This document shows, piece after piece, positions 19,094-28,426 of a stretch of 29,668 nt of DNA. A program made the translations under genes and the position numbers. Below the pieces are notes generated by a model. The model was not told the DNA's origin, did not search any database, and saw only the letters and a list, made by a program, of their open reading frames with translations. This DNA is from Prasinococcaceae sp. CCMP 1430 (Eukaryota > Plantae > Prasinodermophyta): assembly GCA_013416795.1 (NCBI GenBank), contig RQSC01000019.1, positions 7,648 through 37,315 on the forward strand, given 5' to 3'. The stretch's first letter is position 1, and each line of letters opens with the position of its first letter.

Positions 19094-20701
19094 TCACTCC
19101 ACCATGTCGTCGGCGGCCCCTGCGCGTGCGCCCCCGCGCGGCATCTCCTTGTCAGTCCAATCGTGCGCGTTGAAGTCGAAATCGTCGTCGCTGCCCTCGC
19201 CCTCGCTGCCATCGTCGCCCTCCTCATCTGCGCGGCGCAACTGCTCCTCCATCCGCGCGAGCGCCTCCTCAACGCGCTTGGCCTTGCCACGCTTGGCCTC
19301 GCGCTTGCTCGCGCGCTTGGCCGCCGGGTCTGTAAGCCCCTCGTGAGCGTAGAGCTTTCTTCGCTCGCCCTCAGCCGCCGCGGCCGCGCGCTGCGCAGCG
19401 AGCTCGCGGCCACGCGCGCCAGCGTCGTCCTCCATTCCATCCGCTTCGAGTGCCGCCAGCGCTCCCCCGCTCAGTGCAAGGCCCATCGCCTGTGCGTCGG
19501 CACGCGTCGGCTCGCTCGCCTCAAGCTCAGTGAAATCCGCACCGCGCTTGGCTGCCGCCTGCGCCATGGTTGGCAGCCCCTCAATCACCGCGCTTTGCTC
19601 GTGCGCGAAGACCGCCTCGGCGTCAAACTCCTTGCCCCAGGCGGCCACCAGCGCATCGCCCTCGCTCGCGCCCTTCTTCTCGTCATCGGCGGGCTTGGCG
19701 GGCGGGAGCGTGTAGTACGGTATGGTGCCCGACGACCAGTCCTGCAGCACGGTGCGAGCGGCAGCGTCGCGGTCGATGGCGCCGCCGCGGCGCAGCTTGC
19801 CGCGGGAGCGCGCCACGCCGGCGAGGAACTCGTCCACATTGCTGAAGGCGGGCGCGCGGTAGAGCGCCATGAGGCGCTCGCGCGGGCAGCGGCGCACGAT
19901 TTCGGCAACGGCGCCCGCAGGGTCGGCCAGCTGCTCCATGCGCACGCAGTTGCGCAGAGCGGCGCGCGCCTCGGCGCCGGCGCCGCCGCCCGCGTCAGCG
20001 AAGACGATGCCCGGCGAGTCGATGAGCTTGACGTGGCGGTCGAGGTGCACCTCCTGCGTGGCGCGCGTGACGCCCGGCATGGCACCGGCGGTCGCCACTG
20101 TCTTGCGCTTGAGAGAGTTGATCAGCGACGACTTGCCCACGTTGGGAAAGCCAACGCAGCCGACCGTGATGGCCGTCTTCATGCCCTTGTTGCGCGCGTA
20201 GTTCTTGAGCAGGTGCATGAGCGTCTCCGAGCCGAGGCAGGTCGCGCTCTGGTGCTCGGCCTCGATCTCCTCGGCGGTCTTTTCGGGGACGCGCCCGCGC
20301 TTGGCGTTGGCTTTGCCCCAGCGGATGGCGCTACCGCGCCACGAGCCGGCCATGCGGTCGCCCTTGAGCTGCGTCGAGCACTTGAACGCCACGCACGGCA
20401 GCTCCTCCCGCAGGTGCGCCAGCCAGCGCAGCGCCACCTCGCGCGGCACGAGGTCGACCTTATTCAGCACGAGCACGAGCCGCTTCTCCGCACCGCCCAC
20501 CGCGCGCACGTACTCCTCGACCTCGCGACAGCGGCTTCCGATGGGGTCGCGGGCGTCGAGCACCTCCAGCACCACGTCCGCCGCCTCCACCACCCGCTGG
20601 AACTCGCGGTAGAACGCGCGCCGGCTGCCGTCGCGCACGCGCAGCTCGGAGGCGCGCGCGCCTGCCGACGCCTCGGCGGCCGCCATGGCCGCCGCCGCCG
20701 C
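19094..20701 (-). CDS. GNL3: Nucleostemin/GNL3 (Nug1/NSN1) circularly permuted nucleolar GTPase, N-terminus missing
   Basis: FYREFQRVVEAADVVLEVLDARDPIGSRC, LVLNKVDLVP (G4), VGFPNVGKSSLINSLKR (G1), PGVTR (G2), LIDSPG (G3). The frame is cut at the N at 20702, before the basic N-terminal domain. Confidence 0.93.
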   Translation of the reverse strand, partial: AAAAAMAAAEASAGARASELRVRDGSRRAFYREFQRVVEAADVVLEVLDARDPIGSRCREVEEYVRAVGGAEKRLVLVLNKVDLVPREVALRWLAHLREELPCVAFKCSTQLKGDRMAGSWRGSAIRWGKANAKRGRVPEKTAEEIEAEHQSATCLGSETLMHLLKNYARNKGMKTAITVGCVGFPNVGKSSLINSLKRKTVATAGAMPGVTRATQEVHLDRHVKLIDSPGIVFADAGGGAGAEARAALRNCVRMEQLADPAGAVAEIVRRCPRERLMALYRAPAFSNVDEFLAGVARSRGKLRRGGAIDRDAAARTVLQDWSSGTIPYYTLPPAKPADDEKKGASEGDALVAAWGKEFDAEAVFAHEQSAVIEGLPTMAQAAAKRGADFTELEASEPTRADAQAMGLALSGGALAALEADGMEDDAGARGRELAAQRAAAAAEGERRKLYAHEGLTDPAAKRASKREAKRGKAKRVEEALARMEEQLRRADEEGDDGSEGEGSDDDFDFNAHDWTDKEMPRGGARAGAADDMVE

Positions 20702-20704
20702 NTG

Positions 20705-22286
20705 GCGAGCGGCATAGGGAGGTCGGCACGCGGCGGGGGACACGGGGCGACGCTGCACTCGCTGCGTGGAGGCGTGATCTCCTCTGGAGCGGGCGCGGGC
20801 TGGGGCTCGCGGGCGGCGACAGGGATTTTCGGCGGTTCCGACGGCGACGGTGCGAGCACGAGCCGGAGCAAAAGCGGGTTGCGCTGCGCGATCATCGCGC
20901 TCATCCGCGGGTCGGACACGATGGACGGCTACGAGAGCCTGCGCGCGCGAAACAAGGCGCTGCACGAGCACTTCAATGCTCGGTACGGATACGACAACAT
21001 TCTGTTCCACGAGGGTGACATCAAGCCGGAGCACATGCGTGAAATCATTGCCGAGACGCCGCACACCAAGTTCATCAACATCATGCCGTACGGGGCGTTC
21101 AAAGTGCCCTCGTGGGTCCGGCTGCCGCTGCGCAAGCAACCGGACGACAAACCTATTGGGTACAAGCACATGTGCCGCTTCTTCATGCTGCAGGTGTGGG
21201 ATGCGGTGCGCGACTACGACTATGTCATGCGCTTTGACGATGATGTGGTGCTAGAGACGGAAATGGTCGAGGATCCCTTCGAGTTCATGTACGAGCGCGA
21301 TATCGTGTACACGTACTCGGTGGAGGTGCCCGAGTGGCACGGGCTCACCAATCGCACATTCTTCGACTGGGCCCGCGCATATGTGAAGGAAAAAGGCATC
21401 GCCACCCAACATGAGCACCTAAGCAACACCATGTTCTTCACGCACTTCTTCATCGCCGACGTGACTTTCTGGAGGCAGCTGCCCGTCCAGTCAATGCTGC
21501 ACGCTATCGACGACACTGGCAACGTCTACAAGTACCGCTGGGGCGACGCACCCATTCAGACCGTGCTGCTCAAGACGTTCTTGCAGCCCGACTCGCTGTA
21601 CAAGATGCACGGCCTCGAGTATTGCCACTACTCGACTGGTCACTGCCTGCGCGATGGCGCGATCAAGGGCCTCGACCCCGAGGCCAAGGCGGACCTCGAC
21701 GGGGTGGTCGCCCATTACGTCGCCGAAATTCTCGTCAAGATGGCTGTAGGGATGCTGCCCAACGGATGGGGCGCACCGGAGGTGCTCGAGGGCAAGAGCG
21801 TTCAAGACCTGCGCGACCTTCTCATCCATCACCTGGGCGACTGTGCCGGCGAGGCCTCGGACCACCTAGCCTGGTTCTCATACCTCGAGCTGCTCACGTG
21901 GGCGGCACAGTGCTTCAAGTGGGACCTCGAGCGTGATCTGCCGCAGCTCGAGGCAATCAAGAATGCCAAAACACACGAGGAGGTGCGCGCCATCGTCGAC
22001 AAGGATGTGGTCGCCCACTACCATCTAAACCATTCGCAAGTGAACGACTGGACCGACACACAGCTGCACCTATACATGTCCGTCTCGCTGCCGATGACGG
22101 AAGACGACCGCAACAGTCTGGTCGACATGGTGAGCGCGAACACCGGCATCCCCATTCGCATCGTGCAGTTTCTGTCCAACAGCGACCTGCACGAAATCTG
22201 CCGCGTGAAGTACATGCGCACCGAGGGCACCAACGCGGCGCTGCGCGAGCTCGTTGAGAAACACGTGCGCACGACGCCGGCGTACG
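20705..22286 (+). CDS. Glycosyltransferase family 15 (KRE2/MNT1-like alpha-1,2-mannosyltransferase) with C-terminal extension; 5' end missing, 3' end uncertain
   Basis: AIIALIR, GYKHMCRFF, YDYVMRFDDD (DxD), FFIADVTFW and IDDTGNVYKYRWGDAPIQT are GT15-type motifs. Donor GTGAGC at 22287, branch CACTGAC at 22356, acceptor AG at 22368-22369. Confidence 0.82.
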
Positions 22287-22521
22287 GTGAGCCGTCGGTC
22301 GTCCAGACAGTGCTGGCCGCCCATCGATGCGCGCGCTCCGGCGATCCCCGATCGGCACTGACGCCGCAGCCGCCTCGCGCCCGCGTCCCCCCGGCCCCGT
22401 CCGAACCCGCCGGCTGTCCCGCGACCCCTGCTTGCGCCGACGCCTGCGGTGGCTGTGCTCACGACGCCGCGCGTCCGCTTGCGCCCGCGCGTCCGCCCTG
22501 GCCGCCCTGGCCGCCCGCTAG

Positions 22522-23280
22522 GTGTTCTACTCGAACCGCAGCGCGTGCCTGTCGTTCCTAGGCGACTTCGAGGCGGCCGTGGAGGACGGCCGCAAGTGCA
22601 TCCAGCTGGCGCCGGAGTGGCCCAAGGGCTACGGGCGCCTGGGCCTGGCGCTCTTCCGTTCGGGCGACCACATGGGCGCGATGACGGCGTACCAGACCGG
22701 CCTCGCGCAGGACCCGGAGAACGAGTCGCTCACGTCGGGCCTGGCCGAGTGCCGCGCGGACAAGGCGCGCATGGACGCCATCGCCGCCCAGGCCGCCGCG
22801 GCGAAGATCGCCGACGGCGCCGCCGCTGCGGACACCGCGGCCCCCACCGAGCACGTGATTGGCATTGACCTGGGCACGACCTTCTCGTGCGTTGCCGTGT
22901 GGCGCAACGGCGAGCCCGAGGTCCTCGCGAACGACCTCGGTGCGCGCACCACCCCCTCGTGGGTGGCGTTCACCGACACCGCCGGCGAGCGCCTCGTCGG
23001 CGAGGGCGCCAAGAACCAGGCCGCGCGCAACACGTCGCGCACCCTCTTCAACATCAAGCGCATCATCGGCAGGCAGTTCAGCGAGTGCCACGAGGACACC
23101 CGCCGCATGCCCTTCGAGATCAAGGAGGGCAAGGCGGGCAAGCCCGTCATCTGCGTGACCTCGGGCGAGGGCGAGAAGGCGAAGAACCTCGAGCTCATGC
23201 CCGAGCAGGTGAGCGCCATGGTGCTCGAGAAGATGAAGAAGGCCGCCGAGGTGGCGCTCGACACCAAGATCTCCAAGGCG

Positions 23281-23311
<31 letters not shown>

Positions 23312-24468
23312 CGCAGCGCCGCCTCACCAAGGACGCGGGCACCATCGCCGGCCTCGACGTGCTTCGTGTCATCAACGAGCCGACGGCCGCCGCGCTCGCG
23401 TACGGCCTCGACAAGGCCAAGGGCGTCTCGCAGAAGGTGCTCGTTTTCGACCTGGGCGGCGGCACCTTCGACGTGTCGCTGCTGTCCATCGAGGACGGCG
23501 TGTTCTCCGTGATGGCCACCTCTGGCGACACCCATCTTGGCGGCGAGGACTTCGACTCGGCCATCGCCGATTGGGTTGCGCAGGACCACCGCAAGCGCAC
23601 CGGCGAGGACCCGTTCACCGACTCGCCCGGCGCGACCCGCAAGCTCCGCTCGGCGTGCGAGACCGCCAAGCGCCAGCTGTCGAGCTCGACCAGCGCGCGC
23701 GTCGAGATTACCGTGGGCGACCAGGAGATCTCGTGCGAGGTGACCCGCGCCAAGTTCGAGAGGTTGTGCGAGAACACCTTCCAGCGCTGCCTGGAGTGCG
23801 TCAAGCGCGTGCTCACCGACTCGAAGCAGTCCAAGGAGGACGTCGACGAGATCGTGCTGGTGGGCGGCTCCACGCGCGTGCCGCGCGTGCAGGCCATCCT
23901 GCAGGAGTTCTTCGACGGCAAGCAGCTGTGCAAGAGCGTGCACCCCGACGAGGCCGTCGCGTACGGCGCGGCGGTGCAGGGCGCCATCCTGGCGGGCGTG
24001 CGCGACGGCGGCATGGACAACATGCTGCTCGTCGACGTCATCCCGCTCTCGATTGGCGTCGAGTGCGAGGGGCGGCAGATGGCGAAGGTTGTGCCGCGCA
24101 ACACGCCGGTGCCGTGCAAGAAGTCCTCGGAGTTCACCACCGTGGAGGACTACCAGACCGAGATCGACGTGCGCATCTTCGAGGGCGAGCGCGAGACCAC
24201 TGACGGCAACCACCTGCTGGGCGAGTTCAACATCACCGGCATCGAGCGTGCGAAGAGGGGCGAGGCGAAGATCGACGTGACCATGGAGGTCTCCACGAAC
24301 GGCCTGCTGACCGTCGTGGCGCGCGACAAGGTGACCGGCGCCAAGGCGAACGTCGAGATCGCGCACGACCGCGGACGCCTGTCCAACGAGGAGGTCGAGG
24401 CGATGGTTGCGGAGGCCGAGCGCATGCGTGAGGAGGACGAGCGCGTGCTGGCGGAGGAGGGTGCGTAG
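22522..24468 (+). CDS. HSP70: TPR (STI1/HOP TPR1-like)-Hsp70 fusion protein; first exon missing
   Basis: Acceptor CCGCTAG then VFYSNRSAC...APEWPKGYGRLG...GLAQDPEN. One uninterrupted frame continues into GIDLGTT, TVPAYFND, EPTAAALAYG, DLGGGTFDVS, HLGGEDFD, VGGSTRVP, PDEAVAYGAA and the SBD-beta. It ends at TAG 24466-24468 early in the lid, with no EEVD. Confidence 0.93.
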
Positions 24469-24570
24469 GCATGGCGACGATTAAACACCATTTTATCCGT
24501 GCCGCCGGGCGTGCAAGCAGCATGATGCCAATGCTTTTTGATGGGCGCGCGCCGCCAGCTCTCTCCGCAG

Positions 24571-24946
24571 CTGCTGCGCGCGAGCAGCTGCGTGCGGCGG
24601 TGGGAGAGTGGGTGGGGGGGTGGGGTGGGGGGAGGCCGAGGGAAAGGTGGGGGTGGCACATGGCGCGTGGGTCGCGCGCGACCCACGCGCCACACGCAGG
24701 TCGAGTGCGCTCTGAATCTGAAGTCGCTGAGGGCCAGGTTCGGGGCGGGGAGGTGGGGCCGGCGGCGGCCAGCGGCGCGCGGGCGTGCCGCAGGGCGCGT
24801 GGGGCTCGCTCATAGGCGCCATGCTGCTGCGGCGGGCGGGGCTGGCGGCGCTCGGCGCGCTGGCGGTGGCGGTGGCGGCGGCGTACGCGCCAAGCCCCGC
24901 GCGGGCGGCATCGCTGCTCGTCAAGCGGCTGCGAGGTTGGAGCTGA
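24571..24946 (+). CDS. Putative C-terminal exons of a membrane-anchored protein (parent gene uncertain; frameshift near 24751)
   Basis: Candidate exons 24571..24599 and from 24700, flanked by CTCTCCGCAG / GTGGGA / CACACGCAG sites. GC3-biased frames read AAREQLRAA-VECALNLKSLRARFGAG and GAWGSLIGAMLLRRAGLAALGALAVAVAAAYA. Confidence 0.35.
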
Positions 24947-25394
24947 TGACGTCCTGCGGCACGACGATGGCCTGAGTCGCCAGCGACGCAGCAAGCCCTC
25001 CGCCTGACGACGACACGGCCGCGACCTGCGCGGGGGAGAGCTCGAGCGGCTGCGCAGCCCTCCCGACACCGGCCTTGGCCGCCTCGAGCACGCTGAGGTA
25101 CACAATGCGCGCTGGCAGCGCCGCGCCCAGCACCGTCGTGATTCCGCGGTACAGCCCCCCCACGCCCTCGCTCCTCACCACGTGCCGGAACGTGTGCGCC
25201 ATCTGCACGATTGGATTGCTCGACCCGCGCGCACCCGCCCCGCCACGCGCCGCCTCGACCTGCATGCGCGTCTTTACGACCGACATGGGGAAGAGCAGGC
25301 AGGTGAGCCCGCTGAACGCCACCGTGCCGTACCCGAAGAACTTGAGCTTGTTCATGCGGTCCCAATCGCTCTCGGAGAGCTGCGGCGACGCCAT
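24921..25394 (-). CDS. SLC25A44: Mitochondrial carrier, SLC25A44-like, 5' half only (truncated in repeat 2)
   Basis: ATG 25394: DWDRMNKLKFFGYG...FPMSVVKTRMQV (PxxxxKxRxQ), VVRSEGVGGLYRG, LPARIVYLSVLE and VVPQDVIS. Homology then stops and a TGA follows after 157 aa, whereas a carrier needs about 300 aa. Confidence 0.85.
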   Translation of the reverse strand: MASPQLSESDWDRMNKLKFFGYGTVAFSGLTCLLFPMSVVKTRMQVEAARGGAGARGSSNPIVQMAHTFRHVVRSEGVGGLYRGITTVLGAALPARIVYLSVLEAAKAGVGRAAQPLELSPAQVAAVSSSGGGLAASLATQAIVVPQDVISSNLAAA

Positions 25395-25889
25395 CGCTGC
25401 GCGCCGCCGGGGCCGCGTGCGCGCGCGCGCGCGGCCCCGGCCCTGGCCCCGTCGCTGCGTGCAGCGCTGTAGCGTCGGCCGCAACGCCCGTCCTACCAGC
25501 CCGCGCCTGCCAACGAGGCCCCGGACGGCCGCCGACACCACAGCGGCGCGCGGGGGGCGCGCGCGCGCGCTGTGGCTGCGCACCACGCGAGCGCACCCTG
25601 CCCGCCAATTTCCGCGTTTGTCTCCGTTCTTCGACGGGCTCGTTGATGCTTTACGACGATGGTACAAACGACGCTTCGATATTCACGCCCATTTGGACAC
25701 GGAAAATTTTCGCGGCGTGCGCGCGGCGCACTCGGCGACTCGCGCCCAAAACCTCCGCCTCGCGGGGGTGAGGGCCACAGGGGCACTCGGCGGCGGGCGG
25801 CGCGCGCGGGAGCGTCCTGCTGCCTGGGAGGGGCGCGGAGGTGCCGCCATGGCGGCGACGCGTGCCCAGGCGCGCGCGTCGTCGCGCGC

Positions 25890-26392
25890 NNNNNNNNNNN
25901 NNNNNNNNNNNNNNNNNNNNNNNNNNNNNNNNNNNNNNNNNNNNNNNNNNNNNNNNNNNNNNNNNNNNNNNNNNNNNNNNNNNNNNNNNNNNNNNNNNNN
26001 NNNNNNNNNNNNNNNNNNNNNNNNNNNNNNNNNNNNNNNNNNNNNNNNNNNNNNNNNNNNNNNNNNNNNNNNNNNNNNNNNNNNNNNNNNNNNNNNNNNN
26101 NNNNNNNNNNNNNNNNNNNNNNNNNNNNNNNNNNNNNNNNNNNNNNNNNNNNNNNNNNNNNNNNNNNNNNNNNNNNNNNNNNNNNNNNNNNNNNNNNNNN
26201 NNNNNNNNNNNNNNNNNNNNNNNNNNNNNNNNNNNNNNNNNNNNNNNNNNNNNNNNNNNNNNNNNNNNNNNNNNNNNNNNNNNNNNNNNNNNNNNNNNNN
26301 NNNNNNNNNNNNNNNNNNNNNNNNNNNNNNNNNNNNNNNNNNNNNNNNNNNNNNNNNNNNNNNNNNNNNNNNNNNNNNNNNNNNNNNNNNNN
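25890..26392. other. Assembly gap (503 N)
   Basis: Run of N. Confidence 1.
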
Positions 26393-26808
26393 GGCCGCGG
26401 CAGCGCCGCGTGCCCACGCGCCCGCGCGCCCGCGCGCGAGCCCACAGACGCCATCGCCAGTCGCAGAATGGGACGCGCTGCAAGGCACGCGCGTGGGCGG
26501 GAGGGGGGGATGGGGGACAGGCGCGTGCCCTGTGGCAGCCACGCGCCGCATGCCCGGCCCGCACCGGGCCGCGGCACGACTTTTTCAGAAATAAACCCTC
26601 TTTTGAACCGCAATCCTGTCGCAGGCCCGTGTGCACGTCCGCGCGCGGAGCGACGACCGGCGGACGCCACAGCCGCCGCGCGGCGCGGCGGCGGGGCACG
26701 CGGAGGCGGAGGCGGGGGCTGGGGCCGGGGTGAAGGCGGGGGTGGAGGCAGTGAAAAGGTGGCGGCAGGCGGACGCGTGGGAGGCCGAGGCGGTGGAAGG
26801 CGGCGGGG

Positions 26809-27340
26809 GTGCGGAGTGGCGGTGGCGGCGGCGGCGGCGGAATGGTTGTGGAGGGCGGCGGCGGGGGTGTGGCCGCGGAGGGGGGCGGAGGGAGCGGCGG
26901 CGGAGGAGTGGCAGCCGCGGGCAGAGGTGGGAGCTGCGGTGGCGATGGCGGGGCGCAGCCGCCATCGCCGCGCGCGCTGCGCGCCTTCCGCGCGCGCATG
27001 GCTCGTGGAGGCGACGACGTGGCCAACGGCAACGCGCGGCGGCCCACGCCTGCCGCAACTATCGCGCGCGACACTGGCGTGGAGAGCGCAGCAGGTGACG
27101 CGTTGTGCTGGGCGACGCTGCGCGGCCGCGCGTGCACATGCCACGGCAAGCGCTTGCACCTCGAGCCCCGGCCGTGCGCCGCGCACATCGAATGGGTCAT
27201 CGGGCAGTCCAGGGCGCCGTGCGTGTCGGCGAGCTGCGCGCCGGCTGCGCACCCAACAGCCAGCGCAGTGCGCGATGCCATCGTGGCCTTCCTAGGCGGC
27301 GATGACGCTGTTCAATGGCGCGACGCGCTGCCCCCCTCTC
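26809..27340 (+). CDS. Possible Gly-rich hypothetical protein fragment
   Basis: Open frame with a GGC-rich linker followed by non-repetitive, protein-like text (CHGKRLHLEPRPCAAHIEWVIGQSRAPCVS...VRDAIVAFLG). No family recognised and no start defined. Confidence 0.25.
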
Positions 27341-27402
27341 CCCACCCCCGCCGCCCGCACTCCGTATGCCACCCGCCTGCCTGCCTGCCTGCCTGCCGCC
27401 AG

Positions 27403-28217
27403 GGCCGCCGCCGGGCCCGGCCTCAAAGGCCACGAAACCTATTTTTTGAACCCAAATCCGCTCATCCGTTGGCAAGGCGGGAGCGTTCGAACTTCTACGT
27501 ACTGCTGCGTTCGAACTTCTACGCTGCGACGGCTGCTGCCCGACGCAACGCGAGCGGCCGAGCGTGGCGAGCAGGGGTGCGTGCAGGTCGTGGTGAGCCC
27601 ATACCTACGCACGCGCCAGACGCTCGAGGGGTTGCTGCGCGGCTGGGCGCTGCCCGATGGCGCCGTGCAGCCACCACGGCAGGACCCGCGACTGCGGGAG
27701 CAGGAGTTCTCCGGTGGGCTGCAGCTGGACGACGGGGCCATGCAACGCGTGAAGGAGGACAGGAAAAGCGAGGAGTGGGGGTCGGCCAAGGTGCGCACGC
27801 GCACGCGCGCACGCGCGCGCACACGAATGCCAGGATGCAATAGGAGCCGCCAGCGCTGACTCCCTCCCTCGCTCGCTCGCGTGCGGGCAGTTTTTCTTCC
27901 GTTTTCCGGACGGCGAGTCCGGCGCGGACGTGTACGACCGCAGCACGCAGGCGCTCGACTCGATCTTTCGCAGCTGGGACAAGCCGCCTGAGCCGCGCGC
28001 GACGCTCATCGTCGCGCACGGCCTGCTCATACGCCTGCTGCTCATGCGCTACTTTAAGTGGACCGTCGATCAGTTCGATGGCCTCAGAAACCCGCCAAAC
28101 TGCGGCGTCGTGGTGCTTGAAAGGACGCCCACTGGGCACTACGAGCTGGTGCACAACCGCGTTGCCTACCGCGAGGGCGACCTCATGACGTGCTTCACGG
28201 CCGAGGCGGGAAAGTAA
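27403..28217 (+). CDS. Histidine phosphatase / PGM-like protein (plant AT74-like); RHG exon missing, 102-nt insertion in the first visible exon
   Basis: VVSPYLRTRQTL and DPRLREQEF, then intron 27791..27890, then FFFRFPDGESGADVYDR, IVAHGLLIRLLLMRYFKWTVDQF and NPPNCG; stop TAA 28215-28217. Upstream acceptor GCCGCCAG ends at 27402. Confidence 0.88.
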
Positions 28218-28426
28218 AGTGGCCGGGCGCTCGAATGGCAGTAATACCATGTAGTGTACACACGCATGCGCGCGCGTGCGCGCGCGCATACACGCACGCA
28301 CACGCACGTGAAGGGCCAAATGCGTGTGTCAAAACGTCCAAAATGTTCAACCACTTCTCTCTGCCTCTCCAGCTCTACTCGCCAGAGTCGGCTTGTACTG
28401 GAGCGACGCGTAGGGGGCATCGCTAG

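Noticed and set aside
22287-22521. GT15 spliced to TPR-Hsp70 as a triple fusion
   Set aside because: The donor at 22287 is phase 1 and the TPR acceptor is phase 0, so the join is out of frame. GT15 has its own nearer branch point and acceptor (22369), and codon usage differs.
19043-22561. 1172-aa ORF as one protein
   Set aside because: The first half is antisense GNL3; it joins GT15 only by reading through the N at 20702.
27419-27431. SfiI site GGCCTCAAAGGCC as a cloning-adaptor remnant
   Set aside because: It does not match the common SfiI A/B adaptor sequences as I recall them, and GGCC-N5-GGCC is frequent in GC-rich DNA.
27483-27523. 17-nt direct repeats as a mini-CRISPR
   Set aside because: Only two copies separated by 7 nt, which is wrong for repeat number and spacer size.
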